A stretch of DNA of 22,250 nucleotides from Candidatus Methylomirabilales bacterium (GTDB taxonomy: Bacteria > Methylomirabilota > Methylomirabilia > Methylomirabilales > CSP1-5). Every line of letters starts with the position of its first letter. Within the stretch, counting starts at the first letter, position 1. The translations under genes and the position numbers were made by a program. This document shows, piece after piece, positions 10,384-17,594 of this stretch. Below the pieces are notes generated by a model, which was not told the DNA's origin, searched no databases, and was given only the letters and a program-made list of their open reading frames with translations. The DNA lies in the NCBI GenBank assembly GCA_046758505.1, contig JBHIAH010000041.1, positions 1 to 22,250 of the forward strand, given 5' to 3'.

Positions 10384-11142
10384 ATGTTTGAGGGGATTGT
10401 CATCGATCGACTCAGTGCATGGTTTGGTGCAAAGCAAGTCCTCTGCGATATTGACATGAAGGTTGACGGGCGCAGGATCACCGCCATCATCGGCCCGTCG
10501 GGATGCGGGAAGTCAACCCTCATTCGATGCGTCAACCGGATGCATGAGGTCGTTCCGGAGGCCCGGGTTACCGGCCGCGTTTTGATGGACGGCCGGGACA
10601 TCTACGCGGCCGAGGTTGATCCGGTTGAGGTTCGTCGGCGGATCGGAATGGTCTTTCAGCGGCCGAATCCGTTCCCGACCATGTCGATCTACGACAACGT
10701 CGCCGCGGGTCTCAAACTCAACGGCATCCGGAAGCGGCAAATCCTTGATGAGGTCGTGGAGCGGAGCCTTACACTCGCCGCACTGTGGGATGAGGTCAGG
10801 GACGACCTCCGCAAGTCCGGGACGAGCCTCTCGGGAGGGCAGCAGCAGCGCCTGTGCATCGCCCGGGCGATCGCGGTGGAGCCCGAGGTCCTATTGATGG
10901 ACGAGCCGTGCTCGGCCCTCGATCCGGTGGCCACCGCCAAGGTCGAGGAGTTGATGCTCGACCTGAAGAAGGATTACACCATCGTTATCGTGACGCACAA
11001 CATGCAGCAGGCGGCGCGCGTATCCGACTTCACCGGGTTTCTGCTGCTGGGGCAGCTCGTCGAGTTCGGTGGGACCCGCGATCTGTTTACCACGCCGAAG
11101 GATTCCCGGACCGAGGCGTACATCACCGGGCGGTTCGGCTAA
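10384..11142 (+). CDS. pstB: Phosphate ABC transporter ATPase PstB
   Basis: ATG 10384 after [13 protein letters not shown] Walker [39 protein letters not shown]-terminal YITGRFG. Confidence 0.95.
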   Translation: MFEGIVIDRLSAWFGAKQVLCDIDMKVDGRRITAIIGPSGCGKSTLIRCVNRMHEVVPEARVTGRVLMDGRDIYAAEVDPVEVRRRIGMVFQRPNPFPTMSIYDNVAAGLKLNGIRKRQILDEVVERSLTLAALWDEVRDDLRKSGTSLSGGQQQRLCIARAIAVEPEVLLMDEPCSALDPVATAKVEELMLDLKKDYTIVIVTHNMQQAARVSDFTGFLLLGQLVEFGGTRDLFTTPKDSRTEAYITGRFG

Positions 11143-11153
11143 GGAGGCGACGG

Positions 11154-12512
11154 ATGATCAGGCCCTTTGAGGCGGAACTCCAGGAACTCAAAGAGCAGCT
11201 CCTGGTGATGGGGGGACTGGCGGAAACCATGATTCAGCTCAGCGTCCAGGCCCTGGTAGAACGCAATGCGAGGCTCGCACGGGAAATCTTTCGGCACGAG
11301 GAAGAGATGGATCAGCGGTGCATTGACCTCGATGACCGGAGCTTCAAGCTGCTGGCCCTCCGCCAGCCGGTCGCCTCCGATCTGCGCTTTATCGTCGCCG
11401 GGATCAGGATCAACAGTGAACTCGAGCGGATCGGCGATCTGACGGTCAATATCGCCTTGCGGACGCTCGCCCTACTCGAAGAGCCGCCCATCCGACCGCT
11501 GATCGATATGCCAAAGATGGCGGAGCTAGCCCAAGAGATGGTCAAGCGCAGCCTGGACGCGTTCGTGAGCCGGAATCCGGACCTGGCGCGAGGCGTCATC
11601 GAGGCGGACGATACCGTCGATACGCTTCGGGATCGGTTCTTCCAGGAGCTCGTAGGCTTCATGGCCCACGAGCCGGAAGCGATTCCGCGGGCCCTGGACC
11701 TGATGCTGATATCTCGGAATCTGGAGCGCATTGCCGATCATGCGACGAACGTCGCCGAGGATGTCATCTATATGGCGAAGGGGGAGGATGTGCGGGAGCG
11801 AGGCGATAAAGAGATCCGGAAGGGAATCCGGTCCCCGGAGGAGGCGGCCAAGGCCCATCCCTCCTCCTTCTCTGGTGAGGGTCCGGTCGCTCGGGCCCGT
11901 GAGAAGGAGGAAGAGCTCTTCGGTCTGTTCCGAGAGGCGGCCGCCAACGTTCTGGCGGGGGCCAAAGCCTTACAGGAGTTGTTCGAGCGATACGCCGATC
12001 CCCGGGGGCAGTGGGACCGCATCGAGCAGCTAGAACGGCGGGGAGATGAACTAACCCATCAGATCATCCGACGGCTCAACGAGACGTTCATTACGATCCT
12101 CGATCGATCGGACCTCCACGGGCTCGCCTCGCGTCTCGACGATGTGCTCGACGGGATCGAGGCGGTGACCTCGCGGATGGTCCTCTACGCGATACCCGAG
12201 CCCACGCCGGCGGCGCGTGAGCTGGCCGGCCTCATTGTTGTCTCTGCAGAGCAGATTGTGCGGGCCATGGACCGGTTACCTCGGTTCGCGGACGTGGAAG
12301 AGATGTGCGTGGAAATCAACCGGCTGGAGAACGTCGCGGATCACGCCTACCGTCAGGCCATCGCCTCGTTGTTCCGGGAGGATCGCCCCGCCGCGGATTT
12401 GATCAAGTGGAAAGAGATCTACGACGCCCTCGAGACGACCACTGATCGCTGCGAGGACGTCTCTGACGTGATGGAGGCCATTGCCCTCAAGCGGCGGGTC
12501 CTCGGCTTCTGA
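11154..12512 (+). CDS. phoU: PhoU fused to a C-terminal DUF47 (TIGR00153, Pit-accessory PhoU-like) domain
   Basis: AAGGAGG RBS then ATG 11154. PhoU motifs LALRQPVASDLR, ELERIGD, RNLERIADHATNVAEDVIY..GEDVR; after a linker, DUF47 motifs ERRGDELTH, LNETFITILDRSD, LDDVLD, INRLENVAD, LIKWKEIYDALETTTDRCEDV. Confidence 0.85.
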   Translation: MIRPFEAELQELKEQLLVMGGLAETMIQLSVQALVERNARLAREIFRHEEEMDQRCIDLDDRSFKLLALRQPVASDLRFIVAGIRINSELERIGDLTVNIALRTLALLEEPPIRPLIDMPKMAELAQEMVKRSLDAFVSRNPDLARGVIEADDTVDTLRDRFFQELVGFMAHEPEAIPRALDLMLISRNLERIADHATNVAEDVIYMAKGEDVRERGDKEIRKGIRSPEEAAKAHPSSFSGEGPVARAREKEEELFGLFREAAANVLAGAKALQELFERYADPRGQWDRIEQLERRGDELTHQIIRRLNETFITILDRSDLHGLASRLDDVLDGIEAVTSRMVLYAIPEPTPAARELAGLIVVSAEQIVRAMDRLPRFADVEEMCVEINRLENVADHAYRQAIASLFREDRPAADLIKWKEIYDALETTTDRCEDVSDVMEAIALKRRVLGF

Positions 12513-12536
12513 GCTCTCACGATAGGGGGAGGTACC

Positions 12537-12869
12537 ATGGTGCTGATCGGCACGTCGATGGCCCTCTTTGTCCTGGCCGGGTTCTGTGAAATCGGGGGCG
12601 GCTATTTGGTCTGGCAATGGTATCGAAACGGCTGGAGTCTCATCTACGGTCTCCTCGGGGGCGCGGTCCTCTTCCTCTATGGGGTGATTCCCACGTACCA
12701 ACCCGCCCATTTCGGCCGGGTCTACGCCGCGTACGGCGGCATCTTCGTCGTCCTCTCGTTATTGTGGGGCTGGGCGATTGACGGTCGAGCGCCGGACCGC
12801 ACCGATCTGCTCGGCGGAATGATCTGCCTGGCGGGCGTGGCCGTCATCATGTACTGGCCGCGAGCCTGA
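12537..12869 (+). CDS. ynfA: YnfA/UPF0060 family small membrane protein (SMR-like)
   Basis: [40 protein letters not shown] signature; GGAGG RBS. Confidence 0.9.
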   Translation: MVLIGTSMALFVLAGFCEIGGGYLVWQWYRNGWSLIYGLLGGAVLFLYGVIPTYQPAHFGRVYAAYGGIFVVLSLLWGWAIDGRAPDRTDLLGGMICLAGVAVIMYWPRA

Positions 12870-12870
12870 G

Positions 12871-13311
12871 ATGAAAGTGCTGTTCGTCTGCACGGGCAAT
12901 TCGGCGCGGAGCCAGATGGCCGAGGCCTTTGCCCGCCACTACGGGAAGGGACGGGTCGAGGCATCGAGTGCCGGCCTCGATCCCAAGGGACTTCACCCGC
13001 TCACGACCAAGGTGATGGCGGAGAAGGGGATCGATGTCTCACATCAGGAGTCCAAGGCGTTGACCGAGGAAATGGTCCAGGAGGCCGATGTCATCGTCAC
13101 CGTGTGCGGCCACGCCGATCACCACTGCCCGGCCCTTCCCTCCGGCGCCCGCAAGGTCCACTGGCCCATCGAAGACCCCGCTCTTGTGAGCGACCGCACC
13201 CCTGAGGAGGTGCTCTCGGCTTTCCGCCGAGCGCGAGACGACCTCGAGTCCCGCATCCGCAACTTCCTATCTATGCTCGGACGCGAGAACGCTGGGACGC
13301 TAGCACGCTAA
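12871..13311 (+). CDS. arsC: Thioredoxin-coupled arsenate reductase (LMW-PTP fold)
   Basis: P-loop VCTGNSARSQMAE, resolving cysteines in VTVCGHADHHCP, HWPIEDP. Confidence 0.85.
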   Translation: MKVLFVCTGNSARSQMAEAFARHYGKGRVEASSAGLDPKGLHPLTTKVMAEKGIDVSHQESKALTEEMVQEADVIVTVCGHADHHCPALPSGARKVHWPIEDPALVSDRTPEEVLSAFRRARDDLESRIRNFLSMLGRENAGTLAR

Positions 13312-13395
13312 AATGCGAGAAAGCAGAGAGACTCGAGGGTTAGGACGATAGGAGTCCCTGAAGCCAAGGGCTCTTAATGATCTCGTCTGAGCCTT

Positions 13396-13776
13396 CTAGC
13401 GTTCCAGCCCATTCGAGTCGAGCCACCGTGACAGCCACGTGCGGTTTCGGGCGATCCAGCGGTAGATCCGGTCGGCCACCCACATGCCGCCCGGCGCGTG
13501 AAAAGGGAGGGTCGTCAGGGCGGCGTTGGGGAGTCTCGCCAGGGTTTCGCGGACGGCAGCCGCTCCCGTAAAGATTTGTCCGCGCTCGTCGATCAGGTGG
13601 AGTTCGTCGCGGCAGCGCTCTCGCGAGAGGCTTGGGAAACGCGCTTCGAGGTCGGGCTCCTGGAAAGGAATCAGCTCGAGGCGCCTGCTACCGTCCCGCC
13701 GGTGGACCCACCGAGCGAAGCGCCGTCAGAGCCCTCAGTCGCCATCGTAGATGACCACCACCTTACGGTCTAGCAT
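13396..13776 (-). CDS. DCC/DUF393 thiol-disulfide oxidoreductase with UxxU motif (putative double selenoprotein, 126 aa)
   Basis: Translated by hand: MLDRKVVVIYDGD-U-GL-U-RRFARWVHRRDGSRRLELIPFQ...ELHLIDERGQIFTGAAAV...DRIYRWIARNR...LER*. TGA at 13735-13737 and 13726-13728 replace both Cys of the DCC YDGxCxxC motif; family similarity continues past them. Confidence 0.85.
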
Positions 13777-13993
13777 CCCGATCGCCCCCCGGTCGTGTCC
13801 GGTACCGCAGCCAGCCCAGCAGGGCCATTCCCAGGAACAGGGATAGGAGGGGAAACAGCACATAGTCCAGGTAGGGGACCAGCAGGGTGAGGCCGACCAG
13901 GCCGAGCACCCACGGCAAGACCGGCGTGAAACAGCACACGGCCGTGACAATGGTCCCCCACAGCCCTGTTTTGACCAATGGTTGTTTCTGCAT
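13763..13993 (-). CDS. merF: Mercury transport membrane protein MerF
   Basis: GTIVTAVCCFTPVL...GLVGL...YLDYVLFP closely matches MerF (ALCCFTPVL...GYLDYVLLP). It lacks the C-terminal Cys pair. Confidence 0.9.
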   Translation of the reverse strand: MQKQPLVKTGLWGTIVTAVCCFTPVLPWVLGLVGLTLLVPYLDYVLFPLLSLFLGMALLGWLRYRTRPGGDRDARP

Positions 13994-13999
13994 CGTTGC

Positions 14000-14290
14000 T
14001 CAATCCTTGATTTGTTCCAGGGCATAGGCCCCGAACTCGTAGGTGACGCGTTGCTTGGCACCGTGGCACTCGATGAGGTCGCCCGGCTGCACATCGTCGG
14101 GCAAGATCACCATCTCCTCGCCGACGGCACAGCTCGCCTTCTTCACCTCCGTCACGGACCAGACGCCGTCCTCCTCGCTCGCCCGGAGCGAGAGGCCGGC
14201 TCAGTTGGGGCAGTCGAAGACGTCCCCGCGTGTGATCCCAACCGGGATCCCGATCTCTTGCCCTCAGCCCTTGCAGAGTGCTGTCGGCAT
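14000..14290 (-). CDS. Small LysW-like zinc-ribbon protein with two CxxU motifs (putative selenoprotein, 96 aa)
   Basis: GGGAGAAG RBS then ATG 14290: MPTALCKG-U-GQEIGIPVGITRGDVFDCPN-U-AGLSLRASEEDGVWSVTEVKKASCAVGEEMVILPDDVQPGDLIECHGAKQRVTYEFGAYALEQIKD*. TGA at 14264-14266 and 14201-14203 complete the CxxC knuckles; the gene fills the operon gap up to merF. Confidence 0.75.
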
Positions 14291-14308
14291 CGCTCTTCTC
14301 CCCCGGGG

Positions 14309-14504
14309 CTAGCCCCGATCCGAAATTGTCCCCCGACCACGACCCTTTGAATGGCCTTGGAGAAATTGTGTGTCCAGATTGCGAGCAGCCGCTTCTGCCC
14401 CACTCCTGGGGCGTACGCAGCTAACGATGTAATCCTCCTGATTTCGGGGATGAATGCCAATTTCCGAAATTCTAGCGGTCAACCTTTTTTCGGATCGGGG
14501 CTAG
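14309..14504. mobile_element. MITE-like non-autonomous element (188 bp) flanked by CTAG
   Basis: CTAG|CCCCGATCCGAAA (14313-14325) ... TTTCGGATCGGGG (14488-14500)|CTAG: perfect 13-bp terminal inverted repeat, AT-richer interior, located at the glutaredoxin stop codon. Confidence 0.65.
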
Positions 14505-14737
14505 CCGATCCCGAGCAGCCGCTCGATCCTTCCCCGGTCAAAGCCGACGATCACCTCGCCGTCGATGACCGTGACCGGGGTCGCCCGCACCCCCAGCTTG
14601 ACCAGTTCGTCGAGCGCCTGTTGGTCTTCCCGGATATTCTTGGCGATGAACTGGACACCCTTGTGAGAAAGAAACTCTTTCTCTTGGTCGCAGGCGCCTC
14701 AGCCGGGCTGGGTATAGACGATCACCTGTTTCGCCAT
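14501..14737 (-). CDS. Glutaredoxin-like (NrdH/YruB-type) redoxin with UxxC active site (putative selenoprotein, 78 aa)
   Basis: AAGGAGG RBS then ATG 14737: MAKQVIVYTQPG-U-GACDQEKEFLSHKGVQFIAKNIREDQQALDELVKLGVRATPVTVIDGEVIVGFDRGRIERLLGIG*. TGA at 14699-14701; cis-Pro TP and IVGFD Grx motifs lie downstream. Confidence 0.9.
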
Positions 14738-14798
14738 GATTTCCTCCTTGTGTCCTGAGAGGGCGTCTGCGGGCTCCTCCGATGTGTGGGCATCGGCC

Positions 14799-15464
14799 TC
14801 ATCGCATTGGTGGTTCGGGCTCGACCAGGAGCGAGCCAAAGATTTCACGCCCGGCCTCGAAGGCCTCGAGCAGAGAGAGGACGACGCCGGAGGGCTCCCC
14901 GTGTCCCCGCTGCCAGGCCTCGAGGTGGTCACCGGTGCAGAAGAAGCTGATGTGCGGACACCGGGATTGGGCGACGGAACAGCAGTTGTCTTCTTCCGGT
15001 GTGGGAAACCACACAACGATCCCGGAAGGGAGATATCGCGCCAGGTTTTCGGGCTCTGCCCGAACCTCGACGGGCGACTCGCAGTGGGCACAGCGAGACG
15101 AGATTCCCGCGCTCTCCTGCAGCATGGCCGGTATCCCCAGGGCATCCACGGCACACAGGGCAAACACCTCTCGACCGGCGAGGAGGACCCGGTGCGGGGT
15201 CGGGGTCGCAGAGAACGGATAGGATCCCAGCACCGTTTCCACTGTCTGGTCGAGAAAGCAGAGGTCCAGATCCGTCAGTCGGCGAAGGATCTCCCGAACT
15301 CGAACAGAAGAGAGTCCACAGTGATTTTGAAGGCTCGAGACCTCTGGGATTGCCCCCGAGGCAAAGATTTGCAGGATATGGCGCCGGACGTTGTCCTCTT
15401 CCACGGTAAGCCGAGCGGCACTCAATCGGTCCGCGACGGTCTTCACGCTATCAGGGAGCAGCAT
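14799..15464 (-). CDS. merB: MerB-family alkylmercury (organomercurial) lyase
   Basis: N-terminal helical/HTH region, GSYPFSATPTPHRV, FALCAVDALG (catalytic Cys and Asp), SRCAHC, SRCPHISFF (second catalytic Cys); AGGAG RBS. Confidence 0.8.
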   Translation of the reverse strand: MLLPDSVKTVADRLSAARLTVEEDNVRRHILQIFASGAIPEVSSLQNHCGLSSVRVREILRRLTDLDLCFLDQTVETVLGSYPFSATPTPHRVLLAGREVFALCAVDALGIPAMLQESAGISSRCAHCESPVEVRAEPENLARYLPSGIVVWFPTPEEDNCCSVAQSRCPHISFFCTGDHLEAWQRGHGEPSGVVLSLLEAFEAGREIFGSLLVEPEPPMR

Positions 15465-15517
15465 CGTGAATCTCCTGGTCGATAACGGCAGGGGAAAGAC
15501 TCACGTAGCACCGAGGC

Positions 15518-15874
15518 CTACCGGCGTCGGTCGATTCGGGTACAGGCCCAGATGTGCTCGGCGTTATTCGCCACCATGTCGCGCGCCAGCTCCAGAACCT
15601 TTCGAACCCGCTTGTCGGCCACCCGGTAATACCGGTTTCGCCCCTCCCGGGAGGCGGTCACATAGCCGCACCAGCTCAAGCAGGCCAGGTGGCTGGAGAC
15701 GCGCCCCTGGGGGATGCCGAGGATTTCCACGAGCTGGGTGACGGTGCGCTCACCCTCGAGGAGCAGCTCGAGGATTTTCAGGCGGCTCGGATCCCCGAGG
15801 CCACGGAAGAACTTGGCCTCCAGCTGTAGCTGCTCCAGTTCACCGGCCGGAAGCCTATTGCTGAGTGATGACAC
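15518..15874 (-). CDS. ArsR/SmtB-family metal-sensing repressor (CmtR / actinobacterial MerR-like alpha4C type)
   Basis: FRGLGDPSRLKIL, VSSHLACLSWCGYV (CxxxC in helix 4), REGRNRYYR, and a C-terminal Cys (HIWACTR). Confidence 0.85.
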   Translation of the reverse strand: MSSLSNRLPAGELEQLQLEAKFFRGLGDPSRLKILELLLEGERTVTQLVEILGIPQGRVSSHLACLSWCGYVTASREGRNRYYRVADKRVRKVLELARDMVANNAEHIWACTRIDRRR

Positions 15875-15893
15875 GATGCCCCCAATGAGTTAG

Positions 15894-15936
15894 ATTCGGT
15901 TATCCGTATATTACGCGTTCCCGTTTGGACTGTCAA
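15894..15936 (-). promoter_or_regulatory. Sigma70 promoter and candidate ArsR operator of the mer-like operon
   Basis: Minus strand TTGACA (15936-15931)-17 nt-TAATAT (15913-15908). Imperfect palindrome ATTCGG-TTAT-CCGTAT (15894-15909) overlaps the -10/+1 region. Confidence 0.75.
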
Positions 15937-16159
15937 GCATGGATGTTCCTTTTCCCTTCGAGCGGGGAGGTGTGGCGGCCGAGCAAGAGGGGGGTACTCC
16001 TGTGGAGGGCCATCCGGATTCGGGTCGTGGCGACAGTCACCTTCGCGAGCGAGACCGTCCGCCCTGGTTCACCGAGCAGACATGTCGGGGGTCGATCGTG
16101 CGCGGGGTGACGTTGGGGAGGGCGGAGGCGGAAACGTGGCGTTGTGGCGGCAAAAAATC

Positions 16160-16188
16160 TTGACACGGGTGAGGGCGGGGCATATAAG
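16160..16188 (+). promoter_or_regulatory. Sigma70 promoter for ktrBA
   Basis: A-tract then TTGACA (16160)-17 nt-TATAAG (16183). Confidence 0.6.
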
Positions 16189-16190
16189 CC

Positions 16191-17594
16191 GTGAATCAGG
16201 ACAAGGGAGCGTTGAGCCGGATTACCGGAGGCATCCACAAGGTCGCGGAGCGGCCGCTGTCCCCGCCCCGGACGCTCGCCTTGGGGTACGGCGTCTGCAT
16301 TCTGGTGGGGACCGGGCTCCTCATGCTGCCGTACGCCACGGCGGCGGGGGAGAGTCCTCGTCTGATCGAGGCGCTGTTTACGGCGACCTCCGCCGTCTGC
16401 GTCACCGGCCTCATCGTCGTTGACACCGCCCGGTTCTGGTCCCCCTTTGGTCACGGGGTGATCCTGGCCCTGATCCAGGTGGGGGGACTTGGATACATGA
16501 CCGTCTCGACCTTCATTGCCCTGCTCCTCAGGCAGCGGGTCTCCCTGCGGGAGCGGGTTGTCCTGCAAAAGGCGGTCGGGATGCTCACGCTCGACGGGGT
16601 GACCCACTTCCTCAAGCGGATCCTCCTGATTACGGCCGTGGCGGAGGGGGTGGCGACGCTGATTCTCACCCTCCGATTTGCGACGGCACATCCGATCGGC
16701 GAGGCCTTCTTTCTCGGCCTGTTTCACGCCGTCTCCGCGTTTAACAATGCGGGGTTCAGCTTGTTCTCCAACAACCTGGCAGGCTATGTGGCCGACCCGG
16801 TGGTGAACCTTACCGTGGCCTTCAGTGTCATCTTGGGCGGGATAGGCTACCTGGTGATAGGCGAGTTCCTGGAGCGGCGGCGCGAGGGTACCCCCAGGCG
16901 CCTCTCGGTCCATACCCGGTTGGTGCTGCGGGTGACGGCGGGACTCCTGGGGGGCAGCTTCCTGCTTTTCCTCCTCCTGGAGTGGAACAATGCCGCGACG
17001 CTTGGCTCGATGGCGGTTCCCGAACGGCTGCTTGCCGCGTTCTTCCAGGCGGTGACGCCGCGGACGGCCGGGTTCAACACGGTCGGCATTGGGTCTCTCC
17101 GCGAGGCCACGCTTTTTATCTTCCTCGTGCTGATGTTCATCGGGGCATCTCCGGGCGGGACGGGGGGCGGGATCAAGACCACGACCTTCGGGACAGTCCT
17201 GGTCACGCTCTGGAGGAGCCTCCGGGGGGATCGGGACGTCAACGTGTTGGGCCGTCGCCTGCCCCAGAAGGTCCTCAACGACGCCTTTATCCTCGCGAGC
17301 CTCTCCTTCGTCTATGTGGTGGTGGTCACGCTGGTCCTGATGCTGGCCGAGGGCTATCCGTATCTGTTCACACTCTTCGAGGTGACGTCGGCCTTCGGGA
17401 CAATCGGGCTTTCCACGGGCGTCCCGGGCCTGCCGACCAGCCTCTGTAGTATCTTTACCGATTTTGGTAAGATCATCATTGGCGTGACCATGCTCGTGGG
17501 CCGCATCGGTCCCGTCACGTTGGGGGCGGCCCTCTTGTCCAGGGAGCCGACGCCCAGCTATCGGCTGCTGGAAGAGCAGGTTCTCATTGGCTAG
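16191..17594 (+). CDS. ktrB: Trk/Ktr potassium uptake membrane subunit (KtrB/TrkH)
   Basis: Four pore motifs: TATSAVCVTGL, SAFNNAGF, TPRTAGFNT, FEVTSAFGTIGLS; IGASPGGTGGGIKTTT; ends VLIG. The true start may be TTG 16212 given the promoter position. Confidence 0.92.
   Translation: MNQDKGALSRITGGIHKVAERPLSPPRTLALGYGVCILVGTGLLMLPYATAAGESPRLIEALFTATSAVCVTGLIVVDTARFWSPFGHGVILALIQVGGLGYMTVSTFIALLLRQRVSLRERVVLQKAVGMLTLDGVTHFLKRILLITAVAEGVATLILTLRFATAHPIGEAFFLGLFHAVSAFNNAGFSLFSNNLAGYVADPVVNLTVAFSVILGGIGYLVIGEFLERRREGTPRRLSVHTRLVLRVTAGLLGGSFLLFLLLEWNNAATLGSMAVPERLLAAFFQAVTPRTAGFNTVGIGSLREATLFIFLVLMFIGASPGGTGGGIKTTTFGTVLVTLWRSLRGDRDVNVLGRRLPQKVLNDAFILASLSFVYVVVVTLVLMLAEGYPYLFTLFEVTSAFGTIGLSTGVPGLPTSLCSIFTDFGKIIIGVTMLVGRIGPVTLGAALLSREPTPSYRLLEEQVLIG

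Noticed and set aside
13396..14737. Pseudogene interpretation of the three TGA-interrupted genes
   Set aside because: All five stops are TGA at Cys-motif positions, there are no frameshifts or TAA/TAG interruptions, and hairpins follow each one.
13498..14758. Plus-strand ORFs 13498-13773, 13982-14350 and 14351-14758
   Set aside because: Antisense to the TGA-containing DCC, zinc-ribbon and glutaredoxin genes, which have RBSs and family motifs.
15940..16155. Possible c-di-AMP (ydaO) riboswitch upstream of ktrB
   Set aside because: I could not find the conserved motifs, and the likely promoter (16160-16188) lies downstream of this region. An Rfam scan would settle it.
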